A stretch of 64,000 nt of DNA from Zygnema circumcarinatum SAG 698-1b (Eukaryota; Plantae; Zygnematophyceae), in contig CM074805.1 of NCBI GenBank assembly GCA_037447605.1, forward strand, positions 1,645,361 through 1,709,360. The letters are read 5' to 3'. Position numbers and translations under genes: made by a program. The number at the start of each line of letters is the position of its first letter. Positions within the stretch are counted from its first letter, which is position 1. Below the pieces are notes generated by a model. That model ran no database searches. It saw nothing but the letters and a program-made list of their open reading frames with translations, and was not told the origin of the DNA. Positions 36,101 to 50,854 of the stretch are shown here, piece by piece.

Positions 36101-39100
36101 TTTTGATGCAAAAAGGTCGTGAAGACTGCAACAACCAGCACAAAGAGGATAATTCCTTTTCATCACAGTCTGTCAGCTGCCAAGCTACATACCATGGGGG
36201 AAATCAAACGTATTTCGCGTGACGAATGTCGACTGGACTTTCTGATTGGTCCACATTAGCAGCATCTTGTAGTACACGTTCGCCTGGGCAGTCAGCCCTG
36301 CCCGAGCACCAGAAACTCATTAACGACTCCCATAAGGGATATACAGAACAGAACAGAGTTAGAATAGCAAAGCACAGAACAGCACAGCTCTCCTTGAGCA
36401 GCTGACCAAAAAGTTGAGCGGGACGCAATATTCCTGTTTTCGTTTCACAAAAGACATGTGCAACCCTGCATTCTGGCTAAACGAAGTACCTTCTGAGCTA
36501 TAGTGGGCTCTACCCGGGTATGAAAATGATACAATCTCGCCGTAGCCCATTTTGACACAAGCACAAAGGGAAAACCAAATGCTAAAACACCACTCGCAAT
36601 CATCAGTTTCATATGGTGCCACTTCTTTCACAACTATTTCTTTACCTGCTGAGAAGTAGATAGGGATCGTAAGTCTCATTCTTTCCCAGTACTCATCTAG
36701 CAAAATGCAGAGCTCCTGTTGGAACGCCCCAACAATCTGGAGGTTAGAGCAACCAAAGCCCTGCCATCGATTTGACATGCCAAGTGGCATTGGAGCTCCA
36801 TATGAGTGACGGACAAAGAACGAGGAAATACCTTCAATAACCATCCCCTATTCCTGACCTTAACATGTGACAGCAACAGAAAGGGACAGTGAAGCATGTA
36901 GATCAATGAAGTGGGGTCACGCTGACCTGGGCTCGACCCAAAGCAAAGACCGGAATCAATACTTTTCCTCCAGCAGAGACACACGTGTGCACCTGCAGTA
37001 AAATTCAAGACCATGAGAAGGTGGCCGGAGGGAGGTCGCTACGATGGAAGTGGCAATGCACTGCTTCGGTAGGCAAATCTAGTGAGGAGTCTAAGTGAGG
37101 AAAGTGAAGCACCTGCTTCACCGATGTTTCTTAGCTGCATGCTTCAACAGATGGTGTTCCAGATCTTCACACTAACAGCAGCGAAGCACTCTGTCAGAAT
37201 CTAGAAAATGGAAGGAAGCCTTGTGCTATATACATGAATTACTGTTTACGAAATGCGCCACAAGAATGATGCAGATGCACACACTGAGACTAAAAAGGTT
37301 GACGAGAAACACTTGTATGTGTGCTTTGGAAAAAACTATTGTTTTGTGCCGTGACAGTGGAGTGAAACGTTGCCTCTGTAAGCACAACATTAAGGCTGAA
37401 GACCGGCAGAGGTTGGAGATGAGATGAGAGGAGATCAGCAATGCATGCAACGCTACTGTCATCAACCAGGTTTCTTTGGAACCTCACCGCATTCAAAAAG
37501 TCCCTTTCCCGAGCTCTTTTGGACTCGCGCACTGTTGTGGCATAAGTTGATCTGCTCAGCCCCAGCAAAAACAGCAGCTTCATGAGTCGATAAACTTATT
37601 TGAAGTTGACTAGTTGTCCACACTTTTCAAGTCTATCGAACCTGCCAACAAGTGCTTTCCAGAAGCCCCAAGTTATTGCCTCGTTGCAGCGACTGCTCCC
37701 GTTCAGCGTATAAGAATCCTGAAAAAAAGACTTGCTACTTTGCAGTTCATGCTCCTCTCCGTGCTATCTACGTCACCATCACCAAAATGCGTACTCGGTG
37801 ATGAGAAGATCAGGTTCCAAACGATCGATCTGCGCCGCGCCCAAGTGCCTATCGGGCGTCATGTTGTAATCACCCGTATAGACAACGGAGGCACCGTTGG
37901 CAGTTACATGGAACATTGCCGCTCCTAACACCTGCAGATGTTAAAAAGGGCGACGGATTAGTGTCAACAGACAAATGAGAGGTATTATTATGGCCTGCAA
38001 GGCATGCTTCCTTGCTTATCACAGCAAGGAAGCAAGCAAGCAGCAAGCAATATGGAAATAAACTAATAATGAAAGAGCACGGCATATAACTGATAATCAG
38101 GCACAGCAATACGGGCAGCTTAAATATGAACCCCGCCAAAAAGTAAGGATTCAACAGCGTGTCTGTGAAGGATTTCTGAAAATAACTACTTCCTCTGTCA
38201 GAGCGACAGAGCAAAATGATGCTTCATCGTTCTGCCTCTTCATTTTGTGATCATCAAAAAGGAGTTTAGACTATCAATATGGAATGCTCACATGTCCTGC
38301 ATAATAAGCACAAATCTGCAACTCCTTGTCGACTCTCACAAGTTGATGCAAGTCCACAGCTGTAACTGTCCTCCCCAAAAATACAAAACAAGGGGATTGG
38401 ATCATGAGACACAGAACGGTCGGAGTATAGCCTGTGACAAATCCGGTCAAACAGAGACTTGGTAGCAGTCCAAGGAGGCAAACTTTCTATTCGTTCACGG
38501 GCCTACCCATAGAGAAACATGGCACTATCTGGATAATTAATTAATTCAATAATTGCGGATTAATCGACTCTTTATTCAACGAATTTGGAATGTTTCCGCA
38601 AAAAGTCATGCTCCAAGTTATTTTTAAACAATGGAAGGCACGAAGGAGATAACCATTATAGATGATTCTGCCCAGAAAAAATCCCCGACCTTGAAAAAGT
38701 GAAGCGAAAAAAAAAAAGGCTTCAAAATCTATTGACGACCCCGGATGCCTTCACGTTTATTGCACGGATGTACCTTTGGCTAAGCATGCCTTGATGTGTG
38801 CAGCAGAGAAAACTTCCGTTTCCCCTTTCCGATCGGACAAAATTCGCCGATAATCCTCCAGCATGAGAGGCAAAAGTGCCTTTGTTGGATACTGAGCTTT
38901 CAACACACCCAAACATTGCACAAGGAGTCTGAAAGTTCAGGAACTCCGAATTTTGAACCAAAGTACAACGAAGAAAATAGTGGGAAGTAATCAATAGTGG
39001 ACTACGGAAAGCTATAAAAAGCTGCTGTGATAAGTATAAGGACAAACCACCCGTCCACATGACTAGTCCATGACTTTGGACCTACCGTCATGTAAATGGG

Positions 39101-40245
39101 TCCTTCGTAGCCACAAACTTCAGTGAAATATGGGAGGGCTCCGCAATGGTCCAAATGACTGCAGCAACTCCATCAGTAAAATATCAGAGCCAAAAGACCT
39201 CACAAAGGAGTGCACACTGCAGGCTACTTGAACAGTCGTGGTGAGCTTCGAAAGATGCACGCATATAGTACAAGGGGTGAGGCTCATAACATGATATATC
39301 CCTATCATCGTCCATTAAAAGACTAGGTCGCATGTTTGACCAAATACAAGGCAACGGACAACATTGCTGCAACCCGCAGGGACAACCGTGCATTAGCGAG
39401 ACACCGTAGAGTTAAATTTGCCTCTGCGGTGTCCCGCTCATGCACTGTTCTTGCCAAGCACCAATCCCGTCCGAAGGTCTTGAACGAAGTGCTTACCTAA
39501 GGTTCCTCAGCAAGCTAACCTATTGTTGTATATGTCAAGGTGTATGCAGTCACTTACAAATGTGTGATGATGAGACAATCGATAGCTTCGGTAAACGTTC
39601 CATTTGGGCGAAGGAAGCTAAAATCAGGAAATTTGCGATGATCATTGAATCCCATGTGCATCCCGCAGTCAAACATGATCGTTTTCCCTCCCAGCTTGAC
39701 AATGACGCAACTTTTCCCAACATCTTGACCAGCACCTGCCAATTAAATCAAATAAAAAAGTATACGTATCTGAAGGCATTGTATGATGAAAACATGGAGG
39801 AAGTTCATATGACATATTGACACGGTTCTCGCTCACTTGAAACAACTGCACGTTTTTGAATGACTTATGTCGTCAACTCTATCGCACGAGTTCATAACAG
39901 GCTATTCAAAGGACTTTTCAGGATATCACAACCCAGCCTTCCCCTTGCCTTGATATAGCGACGCCAGATACAAACTAAGAGATTCTGAACATCCAACATA
40001 ACACCTACTCAATATAGACTGACAGACTGCAACCAAACAAACAGTAGAGGTTCTTGCAACAACTGTCGATCAGGAAGTGATGGCTCGAAAAGTACACAAT
40101 TGCACAGTTTTCCTTCCTGTCCTGAGCTTCAGCTCTGCTTGGCGCGCAATGACTCACTCCTCCGAGCAAAAATCACAGGCCAATGATCAGTTACCCATGT
40201 GTTGGGACGAAGAAGCTCACCGAGAGGTATGCAAGTGATATCCAT
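33108..40245 (-). CDS. INTS11: CPSF73-II / Integrator subunit 11 (metallo-beta-lactamase beta-CASP endonuclease), multi-exon
   Basis: [18 protein letters not shown]...MFDCGMHMG...[45 protein letters not shown].../[72 protein letters not shown]/...[11 protein letters not shown]/.../[24 protein letters not shown]. HxHxDH is intact. The last exon (about 33108-34583) carries a long C-terminal extension. Confidence 0.92.
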
Positions 40246-41001
40246 AAAGGACCTTCCACACTCGATGATACCGCCTGTTTTTGAGAGGAAAGTACTTCCA
40301 AGTAAGCCTGTGAATCGTTCTGAGCCAGCAGAGCTTTACATCTGTAGTCAAAGAAGTAACCTGTTTGCACCTGTGTGCTTGACTTTTACTGCCCACATCC
40401 TCTTTGAGTCCTGGATGAGTATGCTACCACATAAAGGAAAACTCTCCACAAGAATATATTGCCTCCTTGACATTGAAAAAGACTTCCCTAGGTAAATTAT
40501 ACCTCCTAATCTTACAACTTGCGCAGACGTCTCCGTGTTCGGTAGTCAAAATTAACGCCAGTTTTCCTCCTGAACCTCTTGCTTCAATTTTCATCCCTCA
40601 CAGTCGATATACTTCTATATCGAAATGTCAGTATATCTCGATACGACATTTTAGAATTATGCTAACTGGCGATATAACGATATATCGTATTGCGAAAATT
40701 GCTATAGGCGTGGGGCCCACATGACTCCGCTTGACCCGGCAACACGTGGCGAATCTCGACAAAAAGCCTACTGTATTCTCTCGCAGGTGGCGATCCAACG
40801 GTCAATAATTGCTGAGACTTGGCACATCCGAACAAAGCCCCGAAACTAGGACACGTGGCATATCCACGACAAAAACCCTCGAATTTGGTCGACGGTGTCC
40901 CCTACAAGGTTTGAGGGTTTTAGGACTAGGGTGTAGGCGCTTAGGTTTAGGGCTTAACAGGATTTTAGATTCGTAAGGTATTTTGGTATACGGTTTCTTT
41001 A

Positions 41002-41904
41002 GGGTAGTGATATTTCCACCCCTTTTTTGGATCCAAACACCCCTTCCCGGCCGGGCAGATTTCAAAAAGGATTAAAAACGGAAAATGCTTTTTTCACACC
41101 TTTTTGGAATCGATACCCACCCTCCATCGGCAGATTTTTTTTTTTGCGAAACAAGGAAAATGATAACCCGTCACCCCATTTTGAATATCCCGCCTACCTG
41201 AATTTTTTTCCACGCGTGCGGTCATCGCAGCCGTCGATTCCCTAGCAGATCGCAAAACGGCAGATCACCATTTGATCTGCAGCCGGGCTCGGTCACAGCG
41301 AATGGCACGTGCCCACGTATCCCGCCAAAGTCGTCTCAAAAGCATGTCCGTACAAATGTCGTACGGTCGCAACTTGAGGAACCCAGAATTTCGTACATTG
41401 AGACCTTAAACCAATCAAAAATGTCCACGTCAATCATGAAACACGTGGCAGATTTTTATTGGCTGGGAACTAACAATGACGAGATCTCGGGCCGAGGGAC
41501 GCGCGCACTCGTACGTGCGATCCGGCTTTGACGGGACTCGTGGGCGCTTTCCATTCGCTAAGATCGAGCCCGGCTGCAGATCGAACGGTGACCTGCCGTG
41601 GTGCGATCTGCGAGGGAATCGACAGATGCGATTGTCACGCACGTCCGCTTCGAGCGGATTCGGGCAGGCAGATATTTCTTTCCCTCAAAAAAAAAATTCA
41701 GGGAGGCGGGATGCAGTATTCAAAATGCAGTGACGGGGTATCATTTTCCTTGGTTAGCAAAAATAAAATCAGCCGACGGAAGAAGGTGGGTATCGATTCC
41801 AAAAAGGTGTTAAAAAAGCATTTTCCGTTTTTAATCCCTTTGGAAATCTGCCCGGCCGGGAAGGGGTGTTTGGATCCAAAAAAGGGGTGGAAATATCACT
41901 ACCC
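41002..41904. mobile_element. Non-autonomous foldback DNA transposon (MITE, MULE-like), 903 bp, about 320-360-bp imperfect TIRs
   Basis: Left end gggtagtgatatttccacccctttttt ggatccaaacacccc at 41002 is the reverse complement of the right end at 41904 (about 2 mismatches in the first 77 bp). Flanks tttcttta (40994-41001) and tttcttaa (41905-41912) form a 7/8 target-site duplication. No coding capacity. Confidence 0.8.
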
Positions 41905-42348
41905 TTTCTTTAAGGATGTATCGCGCAGTTTGACGCCGACGAAAAGCGCTTTTTATTGTTGCGTGACGTCTAGAGACAGCCCCAACAACGACATGACAAG
42001 GATGAGAACAAAATAGAATTGGGTCTAAGAGATCATTAGCTTGTCTCCATCCGAACGATTTACCGCATATGAAACATACCCCCCCCGAATGACCCCGATG
42101 GCCATTCGCCCGATATTACTTACTACACGAGGGAGCTATCCCATCCTATCCACTATGCTTGTTTGCTCACCCAATTCCTTCCTTCTTCCCCTGGGGGGGT
42201 GTTTTTTTTTTTTTTTTCCCTGGTCGACAAAGTACAGTCCAGCAACCGAACGTCCGTCAAACAATGAATTTTTTACAGTATATAACCGACGGAATCCGTC
42301 CGTGCCAGAAACTAAGTTTCTGTGAGGAGGCCGAGTCTCTCCCCCTCC

Positions 42349-45300
42349 TCATGAATAGTATCTCGGCGGCCTGCCCCCCCCGGCCGGCCGCCCAATGGCG
42401 ACCCGGTCGTCGTCCAGAACATTGAGAGAGGGCGCGAGGAGGCGCGTGTAGCGGTCGAAGTAGAGGAGCTGCTTCAGCAACAGCCCGAACTCGCGGGGGA
42501 AGCGCAGGCCGTACTGCTCGCTCACTCGAATCTGCAGCTCTCCCATTGGGCACACAAGTCAATATCTCGATGTCTAAGATTTGGAGAATTCATGGGCATA
42601 GCCATAACTAAGTGGTCCGCATGCCTCCAGGTGCTGAAAGTAAACGGAGGATCGTGTTCCATCTTACGACATTGACAAGGTAGGAAAACAAGAAGGACAA
42701 AAAAGAGAAAAGAAGCACCTTCCGGGATCACCCGTTTTTTACAATGATAGCAACTGTCTACCCTTCTGCCCAACCGAAAGGAGATAAGGTAAGGCCCAAA
42801 CGTGTAGACGAGAGCAGGACGACGCAGGAGTGAGGAGTTACCACGTCCAGCAAGAGCGCGTTGACTTGCTGTTCGTCCACCGCCACGGATGCCGACACTG
42901 ACGCTGCGCCGCCTTGGGGGGCACTGGTCGCTGTGATCAGCACCTCCGGGTCAAGGTCCTGCATGGACGACACACGCGGCTGTAAGCATCCCGGAAACTA
43001 TCAGCGCTCCTCATGAAGGAGAGGAAACAATGCAGAGGCATGACATATGAGTGCAGAGGACAGCTCTCGCCTTTACAAGAGGCTGGTAGGCAACAAAGCT
43101 AAACCTAAAGGTGTGAGATTGAGTGGATCTTAGCATACAATCACCGGGCCATTCGATAGCATTGTCCTAATGTCCTACCTTACAGAATGAAGAAAGGAAC
43201 ATGCTACAGAATTGGTCTAACTCATGTGGCATGAGCTGTTAGCAGGAACACACGTCTTGCTGGTATACACATTTCTAACTTAATACAGAATCGAAGCAAA
43301 TCATAGAGGCCTGTCAAAAAAGCCACGAAGGTTTACAATCGCTTGACATTCTTCATTAGTTAAGTCAAGAAACGGTTGCCAACCTGCACTGCAGTGAAAA
43401 TTTTCTCCAAGTCTCGAGCAAAGGCATTGAGATCCACTTCCGTGTCTGCCGCTCCCATTTGTGTCAAAGCCATCGCCATGGCCCGATACTCTCCAGAACC
43501 GACCGACGCCAAAAATAATTGTACCGCAGCCCAAGTTGACGGAGATATCCTTCCGACAATGCCTGCGATGTAAGGAGACCTCCAATACAGCTTCAGTGGA
43601 ACTGAAACGATTCAAATATTTCTCCTGCTGAGTACTTTGAGCCTCTGTCCAGACACGTTTTACTTGCCGAAAGGAAGACTGCAATTAGTTTCGTCACTAC
43701 AAGTTCATGCATAGGAAGCAAGCCTATATGACAACGAAAATGGTCCTCTCTCCTCAGTAACTTTAGAACGCTAAATTTCCAGGATGAGCTTAGTAACTTC
43801 TGGTTTTTTGGGAATTCAGTGTACAAGCAAACATGCGAGTGGATTGTGCTGGACTCTAAGAACTACGCAAAAATGTCTTTCAGTTACAGCAACAGCATGC
43901 AACGGAAACTCTGAATCCACCCTGAAGCGCATCAATCCAACCTCTGTAATCCTTCTGTAATCTGTTTTCCTACGCAGAGGCAAATGGTCTTCCCGGACAG
44001 TTCTAAGTGTGTCTGACTTATTAAAGCAAACAATACTAGAGGTGCACATCCTTATTTCATCGTCATAAACAGGTTCAAATAGGAGACTTTTTTGATTGAC
44101 TCACCAAAATCAATGAAACCAACCCGCCCATCTTCAAGGACGAGTAGATTCCCCGCGTGCACATCGGCATGGAAACTTTCACAAGCCACGAGGCTCCCAA
44201 ACCTGCATATATAAACATAATTCAAAGGAATACGGATGCAGTGAGTTAATGACCAATGAGAAAGCAATTTCGGGTGACATTTACGAGTGGGAAGAGATGC
44301 TGTAATCCACCCTCCATTGCACTGGAAACAATTGCAGAATTAATAAGGTTGACATTCATCATTCAGGCTCATAACAACACACAATACAGTCAAGGCATTC
44401 GAAGCACTAACCACACATTGAGTGCTGCGATAAGTGTGGCTTCAGGGTTAGGAACAATGCCCCGAATGGCATCGAGGTCAGTTAATGGCACGCCATAGAA
44501 CCGCTCCATAGTAAGAACACGTTTTCCGGAACAATGACGGAATACTGTTGGGGCTGTTGCCTGGTTAGCCAGCCCCATAGATTCCACGTATGCTCGAAAA
44601 CTTTCAATATTCAAAGCTTCCTTGTTGAAATCCACCTCCTCCAACATGGATGACCGAATGTCACCCACAATACCCACCTGCTTCCCCACTTCCTCCGTTC
44701 CCCAAACCCTGACCAATGAGATTGTTGTTCCACAATTCCTATTTGATTCCTATTTGAGTGTGATAATTTCTTACAAATGGATGAAGAAGCTGAGACCTTC
44801 AAAGGGGCATTAATGCACAACATAATGAAAGGGTATAATCTAACCAAAGAAGTCCGACTGACGTCAGGGCTTAAAAACTCCAAAACGCGGGCCGCCACAT
44901 ATAAAAAGTTAAGGTCTGCTGTGAGAATATCCTCCACACCCGGCTTTAGAACCTTGATGACCACTTCACGCCCTGTCCCCTTGAGTCGTGCTGCATGAAC
45001 CTGAGCTCCCCCATGCCCGACCCACATGGCCGCTTTTGTTCAGCATTTCAGGCACCAAGGGTGACTTCGTCTAATTGTTTCAGCACCCAGGAGCCTGAAG
45101 TCAAATGACGGGAAAAGGACGAGAACGGACATGAGGATAAGGGAAAAAGCAAATGTACGGGCAACAGTAAATGGTTGCTTAAGCGTTGGACTAACAAACA
45201 TGTCAATAAGCACCATATTACAACAAAAAACTAACCACTTTCGAGAGCAGAAATCTCTAAGTTTAGCAAAACTTTTTCATCTGAAGACATCTGCTCCTTC

Positions 45301-47884
45301 AGCGACCGTCAATGCCATTACACAAGTGAACTCGATCCGTAAACGACCTTCATGGAAGGGCATTTGTAATAGTAGGACGTTTAAAAAAGTGGCCTCCAGT
45401 TTGCAAACGCTGCAGGGGAGTTCTAACAACAAGCGCTGATCGATACCCCAATTATATTTGTGTGATAAGCTAGTTTAGTAATGTTTTCCTGTGCCAAAGA
45501 AAAACGAAATCACCTGTGCGATAGAAGCTGTTGCCAAGGGCTTTGAGTCCACGTATTCGTAGATATCCTCCAATGGACGGCCCAGCTCTTTGGTAATAAT
45601 CGCGCGGATTTGTTCAAAAGGTACAGGGGGGGTTTTGTCCAAACAGCTTTGGAATTCACGAACATATTCAGCGGGAAAAAGAGTTGGAGCAGAGGCAATA
45701 AACTGCAGGAAACCCCATCGATCACAATCAGAATTAAACAGCAAAAAAAGGCCAAAATCAAACGGAAACAGCAGAGATTGAGCGAAACAACACACAACAC
45801 GACCTTACTTTAAGCACCTCTAGAATCTAAACTCTCCTCACCCAGCTGCTATTTGGAGAACCAAAACTGTTTTTTTTTAGTCAAACAAATCTCTTAAAAA
45901 TACTGGCATCTGACACGATTCCGTCAAGCCAAGCTCTTTGATAGCTCAGCCATTCTCTCCAGTTTTAGCGCGACTTCACAAGGGAGTCAACCTATGGCAG
46001 GGAGATGGCACACTTTAATTGACTTTTTAGGACTACGAAGAGGGAACCCATATTTACCTGACCCAGCTTAATATAAGTGGCACCAAGTCGCTCAAACAGG
46101 CGGCGAAGCACAGCAGGACCAGGAAGCTCAATCTGAGATACTTGTCCTTGCCGTCTGCCTTGATTTGCCTGAGCCCAAGCTCCATCCAGAAAAGACGTCG
46201 TATTAAGTTGCGATGCGAACTAGTTATGCCGGAATGCTGAAGGGTGTCTAGAGGGTGAGAATGGAATGGTCAAGCTGATTCGAAGCATTGATGGGTACAG
46301 ATGAACAAAAGAGAAGAAAGTGAGGCAAAGTTGAGCAATCAAGGACTAGGGAAGGGAAGGAGTACAGCGAAGTACAGGGAAGGTCTGCATGCAGCCAGGC
46401 TCTTATAAATCTTGTACATGATCAAGAGAAACCTCGGAAGCAACTTGAACCCCGCACCTGAAGCTGCTCCAGAAGCCACTCAGAGCCTACAGAAGCCACA
46501 GCTTGCAGACCTTGAACAAGTCGGACTGCACCACGAGGGCCTGTCTTCACCGTCAGCTGTCCTATTTCCTCCACGAGCTCCAAAAACTTCCGCTGCCGCT
46601 CTGAAAATACAGTCCCACCAGAAACAGAAGTCACAATAAGACAGATAGACTTGATCACACATAGTAAAGAGTTGCAATGTCGTTATCTCCATCAAGGATT
46701 GACGGTGCTTGGGACTGTCTTCACCGTTTAACCTTTGATGGGTATGAAACGTAGATGGCGACTCCACTTCTAGGGAAACAGTAAATGCTTTCCCCAGTAA
46801 CTAGCCAGGATATAAACTCGACAGAAGCCTCTCTATTCAAATTGCCAGAGCTACCGTGAGTTCCTCCAATTAAGTTCCTTGCTTCAAAACGTTCGATCAC
46901 ATGACTTTCAGGGGCTAATCTGCCGACAAAATGTACACGCTGATCTTACCCTCGATTTCAGCTGAAGTATTGTTTCTCCGCCAAGTTGATCGTTGCGCTG
47001 TGGCTGCTGCCGTGCTCGAACTCGAACTAGAGACAGCCATAGCCTGGCCAGCGCTGAAGCATTTTCTTGGACGATTGGGCCATTGCAAATCTTTCAAAAG
47101 CAGAGGTAACGAAGGTCCTGACAGCTGTCTGAAAGAGGCCAAGCCTTGGGAATGAGGTTGTGCGATATTCAAACCACCAGCGATGAAATAGTCGCTTGCT
47201 TTAAGTGCTTGCACCTGCAGCAACGCGACCGTGACAATGACATGTCTCCCAGTAAACCTAACGCTGTTGCTTTGACTTCCAAGAAGCGTCAAAAAATACT
47301 ACAAGCACGCGTCCACATGAGTGAAAACCTCAATTAAACACGAATAATTCATGGAAGTTTTTAATTTTCTTAATTATTTTCCGGTCTGAAAGGTTTAGAA
47401 GGAGCTCGTTACATGGATTATTAAAGTACAATTTCAGTCAGATCAGGGGACTACTCGCAAAGCCCTGATTTGGGCTGTAAAAGGAGCAATTGAAAATAGG
47501 ATCAACATACAAATTACCTTTTTCCAAAGGAACAATAATATGATCGAAATGTTAGCCTTGACTACCAGACAGAAAAGCTTTTCTTGAAAAACTTCCTTTT
47601 CATATCCTTCTCACATGCACTCTGCAACTTGAATTTCTTAATTTATTACCAATACATCTACAATGTGAAATAGTATGCTTAACAAACATCCACTGCTTGT
47701 TCAGACTGAGGGAGTGAATGGAGGGAGAGGTAGCGAGAGAGCCGCGGCAGCGAGGCAAACGAAGCCTGCCATTCCTTACCATCGCAGCCGGAGTTCCTCC
47801 TTCCCGCCGAAGCCTTGCAAGACAGCCGAACTCCGCGCCCTTGAGCCCTAAGCCCGCCAGAAGCTCCCTCCGCGCGACCGCCAT
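42349..47884 (-). CDS. ABC1K9: Plastid ABC1/aarF atypical kinase, At5g05200-like (ABC1K9), multi-exon
   Basis: KTGPRGAVRLVQG, LRRLFERLGATYIKLGQ/FIASAPTLFPAEYVREFQ, LATASIAQ/VHAARL..VVIKVLKPG, SMLEEVDFNKEA, FGSLVACESFHADVHAGNL..GFIDFG, YGLRFPREFGLLLKQLLYFDRYTRLLAP. Proposed exon 1 is 47780-47884 (MAVARRELLAG...). Confidence 0.88.
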
Positions 47885-48367
47885 GGCCTGCAGCAGGGCC
47901 CCTTCCCTTGCCTTCCCCCGCACTCCCTCGCTACTGGCACGCGCCTGGCGGTACGCGCACCCTCCGTACGAACCGTACCGCGCCCATGTGCCCAAAGAGG
48001 GGCCACATCGTTTCTTTTTATGACATCAGCAAACATAAACATGTGGCGTACAGTGCTTAGTGTACGGACACGCACGGTGTTTGAAAACCTGCGCTGTACG
48101 AATGGTGCGTGATGCCGTACAGTTGTAGGGTAGGTTTGGAGGGAGCCTACGCGTCACGTGACGCCTGGTCCCTGCCCTATTTGGGTTACCGTAGCTGCTA
48201 GTTAAAAAACAACAGGCTGCGGATCAAGATCCTCGTGCGTTTCCTTTTTATAGAAATGTCTTCGAACCTTAATTATGTGAAGTGAACTGAAACGGAAACT
48301 GATCGAACACATAAGCTGTTTAATATTGTGTTCTGTTCAGTTGCGCGAGGTGCGATTTAACCAATTA

Positions 48368-48897
48368 GAATGCACCACGTGGTCACTTTTAACACGCTGC
48401 GACACATACCCTATTTACAACAATACGTCCCGTAAAACATTCAAAACGAACGCTGTCGTACATAGAAAACGACACGTGGCAATGACAGTATGGGAGCGCG
48501 ATATACCCCTTTTTCTGCGCATTCGATCCAACGAAACGCACAACCAATCAGGACGCGCGACGTGGCAACGTCAGACTCGTGGCAACTATACCCCATTTTC
48601 ATTAAATCCATCTTTGACAACCTAACTGAATCCGTACGCCACATAAAACATCAAAATCGAACGCTGTCGTACGTAGAAAACGACACGTGGCAATGACCGA
48701 ATAAGTACGCGATATACCCCATTTTCTGCGCATTCGATCCAACGAAACGCACAACCAATCAGCACGCGCGACGTGGCAACGTCAGACTCGCGGCAACTAT
48801 ACCCCATTTTCATTAAATTAATCTTTGACAACATAATCGAACCCGTCGTACGGATCAAAACGATGACTAAGCTTTTGCCTACGGCAACGCAAAAAAG
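48368..48897 (+). repeat. About 520-bp dimeric repeat, copy 1 (copy 2 at about 52666-53190, same orientation)
   Basis: atgcaccacgtgg...ccctatttacaacaatacgtcccgtaaaacattc...cctacggcaacgcaaaaaa is present in both copies. Internal monomer period is 211 bp (48449, 48660). Confidence 0.85.
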
Positions 48898-50802
48898 GGA
48901 GGTTAGATTTGTACCGTGATGAAGTGACAGAAATTCCACGTAGCTTGGCACAGCAGAAACCAACGACGTCCAAGCCGAACTGAACGCAAATGATCAACGA
49001 ACAAAACTATTTATTAAGTCACATCAAATAAGGCTGTCGTAACAATGGATTCGGCAACGGCTACCGTTTGTCAAACTACAAATAGAGCTGTTACGTATCT
49101 GTCAAACACGACACGGTACGTTAGAGCGGTTTTTAATTTAACCAACACGATGACCGTTTCGGGCGTTGTCAACCGAACCATTCCAAATCTTGCGTGTCCA
49201 TAGTTTGACAACACAAGCTGTTACGGTTTACCAACACATACCGGTACAAACATCCCGTTTCAAGCATTGTCAACCGACAATCACAATCCTGCGATTACAA
49301 AAATCGTACAAAAATGGACCCACATCCTCGTCCACAACGATTGTCCAAATACAGCCGTTTCGTGCCAGTACGGTGACGGCGACGGTTGACCTACCGATTG
49401 CCCTCCTGTTGTAGATCCTTTGACCGTCAGGTCTCTTTCGCCATTTTCCGGCTACCGTCCGTACAGCCGTTCGTTCAGATTCGCGGACCCACGCATGAGT
49501 GGTCCACATGGCACCACTTGATTCGTAGCCGACATTCGGAGGCGACTCCACTGACGCTTCTTTCCGCCGCTTCGTTCGTCGCGCGGGCGCGAACAAAAAT
49601 TGACGGAAAAGGAAAGTTACGAAAGTCAAGAGGCCAACCGGTCGGCCGCGCGTCGCATCTGCGCGTCGTATGCGCGTGTCGCATGAACGACGTCGCCGCT
49701 GTCGCACGCGCGCGTCGCGCGGGCGCGACACGGCTAGTCCACCCGCCGAACGCGGTGAACCCGCTAGATACCTCTAGCGCTGACACACGACGGTGATCCG
49801 GCCACGTGGCGAACCGCCACGGGCTAGCAAGAGCCACGCGGCGTCTCGCCACTGGCCAGCCCTGCTTCACGGTTATTGTTCCGCCTTTCGGCGGCGCCGC
49901 GCGCGCGGGTCGGCCGCGCGTCGCATCTGCGCGTCGTATGCGCGTGTCGCATGAACGACGTCGCCGGTGTCGCACGCGCCCGTCGCGAATTTTGCACCGT
50001 CCGATCAGCCACTATTGATTCATGATGACGTCAGCCATCCCTCGCTGCGAGACACCGCGTAGTCGTGACGCCGCGTGGAGCCGCGGGCCACGCGTGCCGC
50101 TTCGGGCATTGTCAACCGACAATCACAATCCCGCGATTACGAAAAACGTAAAAAAAAGAGAGCCGAAATAGAGCCAAATAGAGCCGTTTCGTGCCTGTAC
50201 GGTGACGTCGACGACGTTTCGATGACGAAACGGTCACGGAACAACCGCGATATCATCTTCCCCTGTTCTCCACCTCCACCCGAGTTCCATTTCTTACACT
50301 CGCCTGTCTAGCTCAGAAATTGCTGGTGGTGCTTGCTGCCGTTTTGTTCAGAAATCAGCCGTAACCAAACCTTATGTCGTTGCGGTTTCTCTGCCGTTCT
50401 GCTGCTGCAACAACTGCTGCATTTCTTCCTACCAGAGAAACCGAAATGACCGACAAATAATGATTGGTGGAGGAGGAGGAGGAAAGAGGAAGGAGGAGGA
50501 AGGAACATGGAGTGTGGTGAAAGGGAGAATGGTGGAAGGGCGAAGGAAGAAAAAGGAGAGGGTGTTGAGGAAGGAGGAGGAGGAAGGAGGGTGTTGAGGA
50601 GGAAGGCGGAGGAAGGAACATGGAGTGTGGTGAGAGGGAGAATGGTGGAAGGGCGAAGGAAGAAGTTGAAGAGGGTGTTGAGGAAGGATGGAGGCTACTA
50701 ACTAACATGTCAGTCAGTCAGTCTGTCAGTCTGTCCGTCTGTCTGTCAGTCAATCAGAAGTCAGTCAGTGTCTGTGACAGTCGATTTTCTGTGTGTGTGA
50801 GT

Positions 50803-50854
<52 letters not shown>

